This document shows positions 16,787 to 24,680 of a stretch of 64,000 nt of DNA, one piece after another. Source of the stretch: a virus (Duplodnaviria; Caudoviricetes); the IMG/VR virus record IMGVR_UViG_3300050034_000334, one strand, 5' to 3'. Every line of letters starts with the position of its first letter. The stretch's first letter is position 1. Made by a program: the position numbers and the translations under genes. Below the pieces are notes generated by a model. It saw nothing but the letters and a program-made list of their open reading frames with translations. It had not been told where the DNA came from and did not search any database.

Positions 16787-16883
16787 GAGTCTACAACAGA
16801 AAGCATTCTCAAAGAGTACCGTGCGAGCTTAGGCTCAAAACTCATGAGGCGGAGGGTATGAGGGTGCTTTCTGTTGTAGATTC
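16787..16883 (+). ncRNA. Promoter-proximal hairpin RNA or 5' leader with a 25-bp stem
   Basis: GAGTCTACAACAGAAAGCATTCTCA pairs with TGAGGGTGCTTTCTGTTGTAGATTC; the three non-Watson-Crick positions are all G-U on the + strand. Confidence 0.6.
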
Positions 16884-16898
16884 GTCAATGGAGAAACA

Positions 16899-17687
16899 AT
16901 GCACGTCGTCAAAAGAATGATCACCCCTAACGGGAAACTCGACAAGAGAACTGTTTCGGCTATGATAGTGGTCGAGATTGCGATCTTTGCAGCAGTGTGG
17001 GTGACTTCACCCTTCGTGTTCCTTCCAAAGCCTCAGGATGTCCTCAGCGCCATGGGTGACCTATGGCAGCAGGGTTTGGCCCTGGAACTCATAACGAGCC
17101 TCACGCTCAACTTCCAGGCTCTCCTGGTGGCCTCGCTCCTCTCTCTGGTCATGGCTTATCTCGGCACCGTGCCCCTCTTCCGACCTGCCATTCAGATGAT
17201 AGGCAAGCTGAGATTTCTGAGCATGGTCGGGTTGACATTCTTCTTCACCCTGATGACGAACTCAGGTCACCAACTCAAGTTGTCTCTCCTGGTATTCTCA
17301 GTCTCGGTCTTCTTCGTGACTGGCATGGTGGATGTGATCAATTCCGTTCCCAAGGAGAAGTACGATCTATGTCGAGTCCTTCACATGGGACCCTGGCGGA
17401 CTCTCTATGAGGCGGTCATCCTCGGTCAGTTCGACAAAGCCTTCGATGTACTCAGGCAGAACGCGGCCATCGGCTGGATGATGCTCTCCATGATTGAGGG
17501 CATGAGCCGTTCGGAGGGTGGAATTGGCGCGATGCTGATGACCCAAAACAAGTATTTCCATCTATCCGAAATCATGGCCATTCAGATAATCATCCTGGTC
17601 CTTGGCTTGCTCCAAGACTTCGTTCTCGGCTGGCTGAAGAGTCTGGTATGCCCATATGCCAATCTTGTACTGGAGAATAACAAATGA
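16899..17687 (+). CDS. ABC transporter permease (NitT/TauT-like)
   Basis: Multiple TM helices; EAA-like loop (YDLCRVLHMG); MIEGMSRSEGGIG. Confidence 0.88.
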   Translation: MHVVKRMITPNGKLDKRTVSAMIVVEIAIFAAVWVTSPFVFLPKPQDVLSAMGDLWQQGLALELITSLTLNFQALLVASLLSLVMAYLGTVPLFRPAIQMIGKLRFLSMVGLTFFFTLMTNSGHQLKLSLLVFSVSVFFVTGMVDVINSVPKEKYDLCRVLHMGPWRTLYEAVILGQFDKAFDVLRQNAAIGWMMLSMIEGMSRSEGGIGAMLMTQNKYFHLSEIMAIQIIILVLGLLQDFVLGWLKSLVCPYANLVLENNK

Positions 17688-17962
17688 ACCCTCTCATGCA
17701 GCAGTTTCTTCACCTGGATTTTGGCTCTGGTGCATTTTGGATCATCATGACCGCTGTTGGCGGCCTGGTCTCCATGGGACACACGCTCATCAACAAGAAG
17801 TATCCCGGGCACCGGCACACCTTTGACCCCAACAAGTGGGAGATGACCAACGAGATTGAGTATGTCGACGATAGCATCGACAAGTTCTACATCAACACCT
17901 GCTTGGGCTGTGGAATGCTCATAGAGAAGACAATCGAGATTGAATCCAAGTCAGAGGAGTAG
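17684..17962 (+). CDS. Small membrane-anchored hypothetical protein
   Basis: One TM helix, CxxC; overlaps the permease stop. Confidence 0.55.
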   Translation: MNPLMQQFLHLDFGSGAFWIIMTAVGGLVSMGHTLINKKYPGHRHTFDPNKWEMTNEIEYVDDSIDKFYINTCLGCGMLIEKTIEIESKSEE

Positions 17963-17964
17963 GA

Positions 17965-18819
17965 ATGTTCGTTCAGTATGAGTACAAAGAGACACTCTTG
18001 AAATTGGATAATTTGTGTCTGAATTTTGGGCCGAAGCCAATTCTCAAGGGAGTATGTGCTGAGATCAAGGATATCTACATTCCTGGCAGAACGACAGGTC
18101 AAATTGTCGGATTCCTTGGCCCATCCGGAGTTGGTAAGACTCAGTTGCTTCGTCTTCTGGCTGGCCTGCATGACCCCACCAGCGGACAGGTTCTTCTTGC
18201 TAATGGAGCAGAGACTGGCAAATACGACGGAACCTTTCATCCCGTGTCTGCTGGAGAAGTCGGAGTTGTGGCTCAGAACTACCCTCTGTTCGAGCATCGT
18301 TCGGTATTTGGCAACCTGATGTTGCCGGCGCTCGCTCATGAACAGAATCGTGCAACAGCCAAGGATACGGTCCTCACTCACCTGGACAAGTTCGGGTTGC
18401 TTGACAAGAAAGATCTCTATCCCTGTCAGCTTTCTGGCGGTCAGCGCCAGCGGGTTGCCATTCTCCAAATGATCATCTGCAAAGAGAGATTCATTCTCAT
18501 GGATGAACCTTTTTCTGGACTTGATCTGATTGCCATTGAAACCATCATGGAGACTATTCAGGAGGCAGCAAACTTGCGTGAGGACAACACTGTTATCATT
18601 GTCACTCACGACGTCACAGCGGCTGTCTCGATTGCCGACCACATCTGGCTGCTGGGTAGGGACCATGATGCTGAGGGCAAGGTAATTCCTGGTGCACGCA
18701 TTGTCGAAACTTACGATCTGCTCGCTCGTGGTCTTTGTTACGAGCCGGGAATTATCACTGCCAATCACGGGTTCACAGACACAGTGCGTGAAATCAAAAC
18801 CAGATTCAGAACTCTATAA
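17965..18819 (+). CDS. ABC transporter ATP-binding protein
   Basis: Walker A GPSGVGKT, signature LSGGQ, Walker B ILMDEPFSGLD, H-loop VTHD. Confidence 0.96.
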   Translation: MFVQYEYKETLLKLDNLCLNFGPKPILKGVCAEIKDIYIPGRTTGQIVGFLGPSGVGKTQLLRLLAGLHDPTSGQVLLANGAETGKYDGTFHPVSAGEVGVVAQNYPLFEHRSVFGNLMLPALAHEQNRATAKDTVLTHLDKFGLLDKKDLYPCQLSGGQRQRVAILQMIICKERFILMDEPFSGLDLIAIETIMETIQEAANLREDNTVIIVTHDVTAAVSIADHIWLLGRDHDAEGKVIPGARIVETYDLLARGLCYEPGIITANHGFTDTVREIKTRFRTL

Positions 18820-19106
18820 ATTGGCCATTTTCTGAGTTTGGCAGTATTGGGCAAACGCATGGAGGAATCTCAGTCATGCGGCGGAAGATGATTCAGCCCA
18901 CGAAGGAGATATACAAGCTGGCATTGGAGCTTGCTTGCCGAAACGCTGGAAAGAATTTTCAGTACAATCGTGACGCTGGATATTACATTCAATGGGCTGA
19001 ACGGATCATCACTGAAAAGGAAAAGAAGAAAACCTTAAAAACTTGAATCCCCAGTATCATAGCGATGGAGCCGTTGCTCTACAAATCAAACTGAGGATAA
19101 TCCAAA

Positions 19107-19379
19107 ATGTCGACCACACCAGTCGTACCTATTGGCCCACCTGAAAAGGTCAAGCTGTCACCCTCCCAACAGAAGTATGTCGCCCTCCTACAGAAGAAAG
19201 TCCTCGACTACCAGGCCTCGGCTCAGTCCGAACTGAATCGCTTGACCGGTCATCTGCAGGACGCCCTGGCCTATGTCCGCGAAGAGCTCGGAATTCCGGA
19301 GGGTCATCCGTATTCCCTGACTGAAGATGCTTCGCATCTGGTCCACACTCCTCCTCCCGCTCCAACAACCGAACAGTAG
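19107..19379 (+). CDS. Hypothetical protein
   Basis: RBS GAGGA; ORF. Confidence 0.55.
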   Translation: MSTTPVVPIGPPEKVKLSPSQQKYVALLQKKVLDYQASAQSELNRLTGHLQDALAYVREELGIPEGHPYSLTEDASHLVHTPPPAPTTEQ

Positions 19380-19674
19380 AGGTGGAATACGTGGTGCTCA
19401 TTCTCCTAGTTTGCGGGTTGGCCGGTCTCTTCTTAGGATTTGGAGTGATCTCAGGAGTCTATTTGGCGCAATGGGTATGGAAGAAGCTGCGCCAACCCAC
19501 GGAGAGGGAGATGTATGTCTGGGAATGTTGTGTGTGCCGTTATCGAGTGCAGTCAAATCACGACCTTCACATCAACGATAGACTGATTTGTGTGCAATGT
19601 AATGCTGAGATGGAGCCTTACGTTCCAAAACAGCAGTCTGATGCTACAACAGTCGTTCTCAGCTAAGGAAAGTC

Positions 19675-19881
19675 ATGCCCTTTCCCAAAACATTTGATGA
19701 CCTCAAAGCAGCCGGATACACTTTCCTGGACGATGCCACTTGTCGGGATTGCGGAGAAGAGATAGAGTGGTGGGAAACTCCCAATGGGAAGAAGATGCCC
19801 ATCGACCACATGACTCGTGGTTCTGATCCTGTTAGAGTTCATTTTGACACCTGTGCAGAGAGATCCGACGACAAATGGTGA
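19675..19881 (+). CDS. Small Zn-ribbon hypothetical protein
   Basis: CRDCG.EI.W..T.NGK.MPID...H..TC. Confidence 0.65.
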   Translation: MPFPKTFDDLKAAGYTFLDDATCRDCGEEIEWWETPNGKKMPIDHMTRGSDPVRVHFDTCAERSDDKW

Positions 19882-20441
19882 GCGAAGAACTGTTCCCGAG
19901 ATGAGGAGGCTGAAATGGGTGGTGGACCAGAATGCAGCGTTGAATCGGTGAGAATGTACTTGTATGGAAATATAGAAGGTCCTGGAAAAACCCAGTATCA
20001 GAGGCAAAGCAGTAAAATTGATCACCAGGAGTTTCCCATGGACTTTAGTTCACTTTCGTCGAATTCCGTTATTCGCTTTGCCGCCACAATGATTGCTGTA
20101 GATCATGGAGAGAGCAATCTCAAGACCGACAAAAAAGAGGTTCGGAGAGAGGTTCTCGATCTGGCCAAGAAGTTGACCGGATTGAAACACAGCAAGCTGA
20201 TGACCGCTGATCGCATCTATATCAACTCTACCTTGACACCTACAATGGCAAGGATGAGTACGACAGCCGAGTCAATGACAATCCCGAACTTTGGGAAGAC
20301 TTCTGTGTTCGGCTTTATCGTGTAACCAACTAGCAGGATTGCATCGAGGGACCGCAGGGTGCTCACAAGTACAGTCGAAGGCTAACATCCGGGAGTTGTG
20401 GTCCAGGACCAAGCGGCTGACTGCGGTTCGCCAAAGGAGCA

Positions 20442-20748
20442 TATGGACGAGTTGTTCAGAATCGATGAGAATGGGCAGAAGTGGGTCACCGCTACTGATG
20501 GGAAAGAGTACAAGGTGACCGGGTATCCTGGCCAAGTGAAGTCAGGATACATGTGTGCTGTTGATTTCCAGCATGAGGTCGGAGAGGCTCCCCAAACCGG
20601 ACCAATCTGTGCGAGTCTAGAGAGTTTGTTTGCGGCGAAACCCTGCATCTCAGAATGCGGCTGGGTTCGAGTTCTCGTGATCGGAGTGGAGTTTGGGAAG
20701 CCAACAGTGGATCTCACTGTCCCAGAGAAAGAGCCAACTATCCAATGA
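20442..20748 (+). CDS. Hypothetical phage protein
   Basis: RBS AAGGAG before the ATG at 20442. Confidence 0.55.
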
Positions 20749-21889
20749 GCTATATGCAATTCCAGCAGCGTTGCAAAGCCTGTCAGAAGTCCTGGAACGC
20801 TGCGTTTGGAATTGTCCCTCTGGATCGATTCATGGAGGCTATCATCATTCGTGATACGCGCTGGCTCGGGCAGGAACGCCGCAAGGCTGAGCGCAGAAAA
20901 GGGGAACTGTGAGCTGCTCTTATCACAAAGAAGGTTGTGCATCTACTGGACAAGTGATTGGCGGAAAGTGGATTTGCCTTAATCATATGCCCGGCGAATT
21001 TAACGCCCTGCAAGCCTCACACGAGGAACTGGTAAAGGCGCTGAAAGAGGCGCGGGGTTACCTCGCCAATTATTCGCGCAGGGAAATGTGGGGAACCGAT
21101 GGCGACGACGATGTAAAACACGCTCAGGACGTTATTGTTGTCGCCCTAGCTAACGCGGCGAAGCTGGCCCCAACCCGTACCCAACCCGTACCAAAAGTGA
21201 GGCGAAATGACTGCTCTACTAGTCCTGTCCGCGCCCACCATGTTGGCCGTGGCTGTCGTTATCTTTGTCTACGTCTCCGGCCTGTGCCGGGGGAAGAAGG
21301 GTGCGCTGTGATTGGTGACGACTTCCACTCTCATCTTGACGAATGCCAACGGTGCAGAGAGGACGTATTTAATCTCTGTCCTGTAGGAATCAAACTCCTA
21401 ACAGACGCAGTGAAGACCATCGATGATCCCATGATGCGCGGACTTGTGCAGTGGAATCACATCGTACAAAGGGAGGACCGCAATGCCAGTTGAACGTCTC
21501 GACAAACTGATGATCGATGCGACCGGCCATGGCTACTACCAAGCAGACGACGCCGATCCCGACGAGGCCGTTACGCCCTATGCCAAAGCACGTGCCAGGG
21601 AGGATGCGCTACTAAAGGCGCTGAAAGCAGTTCTGGATCTCCACTGCTCTATGGATATGGGCGAAACTTCTACGCAAGCGCGGCTACTCATCCGCGAGAT
21701 CAAGGCCACCCGATGACACTCCGCAACGGCTCCTGGACCAACCGAACCGACCCGATGTACGACCACTCCCACGAGTACCGTTCATCCACTGTACCGCGTC
21801 GTTACGTTAACGGAACCACCATTTTCTGCGCTATTATTCTAGTTGTGTGGGGAATCGTAATCATTTTCAAGCACTAAAAAAGGAGAAAT

Positions 21890-22144
21890 ATGGCAAACGA
21901 ATTAACGATTATCAACCCAATGACCATCGGCAAGGAACTTCAGAAGTACGAAGTTCAAATGGAAAAGGCTTTGCCGCTTCATATGTCAGCGGCAAGAATG
22001 GCGAGAATTGCGCTTACATCCTTGCGTGTTAACCCAAAGTTGTGTGGCTGCACACGAGAATCATTTTTTGGTTCCTTGATGGCTGCTTCGCAAAGTCATC
22101 AGAGGGCCGTCAGGCATTGGCGGAGGGAATCAGATTTGAACTGA
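21890..22144 (+). pseudogene. recT: RecT-family recombinase, N-terminal fragment
   Basis: KALPLHMSAARMARIALTSLRVNPKLCGCTRESFFGSLMAASQ, then breaks at ~22095 and collides with tRNA-Ser. Confidence 0.8.
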
Positions 22145-22205
22145 TGGAACCTTTCGGTTCGGCACGTTAGCAGTGTGCTGGATTAAACCGCTCTCCCATC
22201 CCTCC
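22118..22205 (-). tRNA. tRNA-Ser(GCT)
   Basis: GGAGGGA...CTGCTAA...long variable arm GAACC-GAAA-GGTTC...TCCCTCC-G-CCA. Confidence 0.96.
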
Positions 22206-22216
22206 GTTGTAAACTT

Positions 22217-22299
22217 TGGTGCCCAGAAAGGGGATCGAACCCTCACGATTTCTCAACGGTTTTTAAGACCGCAGCGTCTGCCAGTTTCGCCATCCGGGC
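22217..22299 (-). tRNA. tRNA-Leu(TAA)
   Basis: GCCCGGA...GCGGT-CTTAAAA-ACCGT...TCTGGGC-A-CCA. Confidence 0.96.
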
Positions 22300-22647
22300 A
22301 CGAACCTTACCTGTGTTTCTTCCACAAAATGTGAGAAGTTGACTGTCGCAGTTGGGACAAACCTTTCTCATGTTCTCCCGACGGCAATCTCGCTTTCTCC
22401 CATTGATGTGGTCAATTCTCATTACCAGAACTTGACCGTTCCACATTCCTGTCAAGCCACAGATCGTACAAACTTCTGGAAGTTCTTCTCTGAATCGATC
22501 TTTGGCTGCTTGTAGATGTTCAGAGTTGTCTACAAACACCACAGAGTCTAATAACTTGAGTCTGTGAGATGTCGTGCCAGGTTTCCAAGGTTTTCCACCT
22601 GGCACTCTTCTGGAATCAAATCCATTGCTAAATGGCTTTCCACTCAT
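22243..22647 (-). CDS. HNH homing-type endonuclease; 3' end reads through tRNA-Leu(TAA)
   Basis: CTICGLTGMWNG...RIDHING...ENMRKVCPNCDSQ; last 57 nt lie inside the tRNA. Confidence 0.88.
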   Translation of the reverse strand: MSGKPFSNGFDSRRVPGGKPWKPGTTSHRLKLLDSVVFVDNSEHLQAAKDRFREELPEVCTICGLTGMWNGQVLVMRIDHINGRKRDCRRENMRKVCPNCDSQLLTFCGRNTGKVRARMAKLADAAVLKTVEKS

Positions 22648-22680
22648 GCTTCTTAGAATACTGCCATCTAGGCTTCAACC

Positions 22681-22917
22681 TCACAAGTTGTTCCACCACC
22701 AGGGCATGCCGGGAGGAGGCACTCTGCCCCTTGTTTTACGAGGTGAATTGCCCCGTTCCCCAGTCTTGCCGATTTGAAAACTAATACTCGAGCCATGTTC
22801 TGACAATGGCTGCACAAAATCGGGTGCTCCAAATGAGCGTGGTCTACAGGAAACTTCACTAGATTGGCCATTCTCATTCTCCTCAGTGATTATGGTTCGG
22901 ACAGTAATCATGTCCAA
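22681..22917 (-). CDS. Hypothetical protein
   Basis: ORF between tRNAs with RBS AGAGTAGGG. Confidence 0.4.
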   Translation of the reverse strand: MDMITVRTIITEENENGQSSEVSCRPRSFGAPDFVQPLSEHGSSISFQIGKTGERGNSPRKTRGRVPPPGMPWWWNNL

Positions 22918-22976
22918 ACCCTACTCTTTGTTGAACTGCATGAAAGGTCAAAGTAGCTCTCTGCAGCTTAATCTTT

Positions 22977-23061
22977 TGGTGCCGATGGCCGGGATCGAAC
23001 CGGCACGCCCGAAGACACTGGCTTTTGAGACCAGCGCGTCTTCCAATTCCGCCACATCGGC
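22977..23061 (-). tRNA. tRNA-Leu(CAA)
   Basis: GCCGATG...CTGGT-CTCAAAA-GCCAG...CATCGGC-A-CCA. Confidence 0.97.
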
Positions 23062-23075
23062 ACATTTCAAACCTT

Positions 23076-23160
23076 TGGTGCCCGATAAGAGACTCGAACT
23101 CTCACGCCTTGCGACAACAGATCCTAAGTCTGCCGCGTCTGCCAATTCCGCCAACCGGGC
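23076..23160 (-). tRNA. tRNA-Leu(TAG)
   Basis: GCCCGGT...GCAGA-CTTAGGA-TCTGT...ATCGGGC-A-CCA. Confidence 0.97.
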
Positions 23161-23173
23161 ACTTACTAAACTC

Positions 23174-23329
23174 TTGTACGAACGAATGACGAGATGGGAA
23201 ATGCCTTTCGGCTACCGCTGCCTTTGCCAGCTTGGCTACTCCCCGTCATGGTCGGGGAGACAGGACTCGAACCTGTGAAGACTTTCGTCGGCGGTTCCAA
23301 GATAACCCACTACTCTACGGCTCGTACAA
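23174..23329 (-). ncRNA. Circularly permuted tRNA-like RNA (Y RNA/YrlA-like candidate)
   Basis: Order: ACCGC, variable arm, T arm (ACAGG-TTCGAGT-CCTGT), CTCCCCG-ACCA-TGA-CGGGGAG, D arm (GCC-AAGCTGGCAAA-GGC), GCGGT, GCCGAAAG; ends pair TTGTACGA/TCGTACAA. Confidence 0.75.
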
Positions 23330-23333
23330 AACT

Positions 23334-23422
23334 TGGTCGGGATGAAGGGAGTCGAACCCTCACGCTACTTGATTTCGCTCGTGGACCTGAACCACGCGTG
23401 TCTGCCATTTCACCACATCCCG
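23334..23422 (-). tRNA. tRNA-Leu(CAG)
   Basis: CGGGATG...CGTGG-TTCAGGT-CCACG...CATCCCG-A-CCA. Confidence 0.96.
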
Positions 23423-23441
23423 AAACTCTACTTCAAAACTT

Positions 23442-23528
23442 TGGTCGGAGCGAAGGGATTCGAACCCTCCCGATGTTGCCACCATGAGCACCTCAAGCTC
23501 ACGCGTCTGCCAGCTTCGCCACGCTCCG
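23442..23528 (-). tRNA. tRNA-Leu(GAG)
   Basis: CGGAGCG...TGAGC-TTGAGGT-GCTCA...CGCTCCG-A-CCA. Confidence 0.96.
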
Positions 23529-23534
23529 ACATCT

Positions 23535-23750
23535 TCAAACTTCTGTTCTCACACTCTTGGGGAGATCCAACCCCCATCCACGTTGAATATTCTCCGAGTC
23601 CGTGGTCATGAACAACTCTTTGACCTTCCATCGGTCACTCGGATCCTTATCAAGATCTACCTCAACACCGGGCCTCAGTCGACGGTCAGCAGGCAGCCAG
23701 GTGATCATGTGGCTAGTTCCCTGTTGGATTAGTGCCTGAATCAGCTTCAC
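23535..23750 (-). CDS. Small hypothetical protein
   Basis: GTG start after tRNA-Tyr with RBS GAAAGGAA. Confidence 0.5.
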   Translation of the reverse strand: MKLIQALIQQGTSHMITWLPADRRLRPGVEVDLDKDPSDRWKVKELFMTTDSENIQRGWGLDLPKSVRTEV

Positions 23751-23769
23751 GGTGTTCCTTTCAAATCTT

Positions 23770-23861
23770 TGGTGCAAGCGGAGGGATTTGAACCCCCAAT
23801 GTTAGCTGCTAGAGCGGCAGATTTACAGTCTGCTGCGACCAACCGTATTCGCCTCGCTTGC
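23770..23861 (-). tRNA. tRNA-Tyr(GTA)
   Basis: GCAAGCG...GCAGA-CTGTAAA-TCTGC, long variable arm, CGCTTGC-A-CCA. Confidence 0.95.
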
Positions 23862-23862
23862 A

Positions 23863-23891
23863 CAAACAAAAACCACTCCCGGAGGAGTGGC
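23863..23891 (-). terminator. Intrinsic terminator of attenuator B, directly upstream of tRNA array B
   Basis: GCCACTCC-TCCG-GGAGTGGT followed by TTTTGTTTG. Confidence 0.9.
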
Positions 23892-23918
23892 TCTTGTGAA
23901 CTTGGTTTTGAGGTCGTC

Positions 23919-24011
23919 TTATATGCCTCTCCACCTTGCCACAGAGCCACTCGGCAAGCTAAGGTAATAGCTTGACAGTGACGGGGACGAAGATAGAGAC
24001 AGTAAACGCAT
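23919..24011 (-). CDS. Leader peptide of attenuator B: MRLLSLSSSPSLSSYYLSLPSGSVARWRGI (30 aa)
   Basis: RBS GAGG 9 nt before ATG; uses all six Ser codons, five different Leu codons and both Tyr codons; GAGTGGCTCTGTG pairs with the terminator 5' arm. Confidence 0.9.
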   Translation of the reverse strand: MRLLSLSSSPSLSSYYLSLPSGSVARWRGI

Positions 24012-24039
24012 GACGAAATTCCTCACTCTTACATGATAC

Positions 24040-24067
24040 TCTACTGAGCGGAAAAGTAAAGCGGTTA
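24040..24067 (-). promoter_or_regulatory. Phage promoter TAACCG-N16-AGTAGA driving leader B and tRNA array B
   Basis: Exact motif match 28 nt upstream of the leader ATG. Confidence 0.8.
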
Positions 24068-24073
24068 GGAAAA

Positions 24074-24316
24074 CTATTTTCCCGTGACGACGGATTTCTC
24101 TTTACGAGTGGCACTATTGGCAATGTCTTCATACTCGAATTCTTGGAGTTTGTGAAGGTTCTTCATCTGAAAACGAACACCCTGGGCTGCCGTGATCTCC
24201 TCATATCCTGTGGGAGTAGCTTCACCACGATAGATCTGGAGGAGAGGTCCTCCCTCAACAGGAAAAGCAATCAGGGGGAAATCTCTCATGTAGGCAGTTA
24301 GCTGATCGTCTTCCAC
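24074..24316 (-). CDS. Hypothetical protein
   Basis: ORF from the track. Confidence 0.45.
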   Translation of the reverse strand: MEDDQLTAYMRDFPLIAFPVEGGPLLQIYRGEATPTGYEEITAAQGVRFQMKNLHKLQEFEYEDIANSATRKEKSVVTGK

Positions 24317-24320
24317 CAGG

Positions 24321-24641
24321 TTGTCTTCGTTAAATTCTTCACCAGACTCTTCCTCTCATCAAGAGTACCAACACGACGAGATCAAGGTCAAAGGTCGCAA
24401 GTTTCACTCCGACCAGTACCTGGCGACGGTTGAGCATCCCATTCCTCCTGCCGGCGAATATCGTGTGACCCGCACCAGCTATGGCGGCGGCGGAACAGGC
24501 ATGGGTCCCCATGACGTCTTTCCGGACGGTCATCGCGTGTATGCCAAGCCGGTCAATGCCGACGAGCCACTCATCTCATTCTATCAGACCGGCTGCTTCA
24601 CGGCCATGATCGAAAATCCCAAGATTGTTTCAAGAGTCTGA
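24321..24641 (+). CDS. Hypothetical protein (start uncertain)
   Basis: TSYGGGGTGMGPHDVFPDGHRVY..., phage-like small protein. Confidence 0.5.
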   Translation: MSSLNSSPDSSSHQEYQHDEIKVKGRKFHSDQYLATVEHPIPPAGEYRVTRTSYGGGGTGMGPHDVFPDGHRVYAKPVNADEPLISFYQTGCFTAMIENPKIVSRV

Positions 24642-24680
24642 ATTCCTGTTCCTTCGTAGGAGTGGAAAATGAAATCAAAA

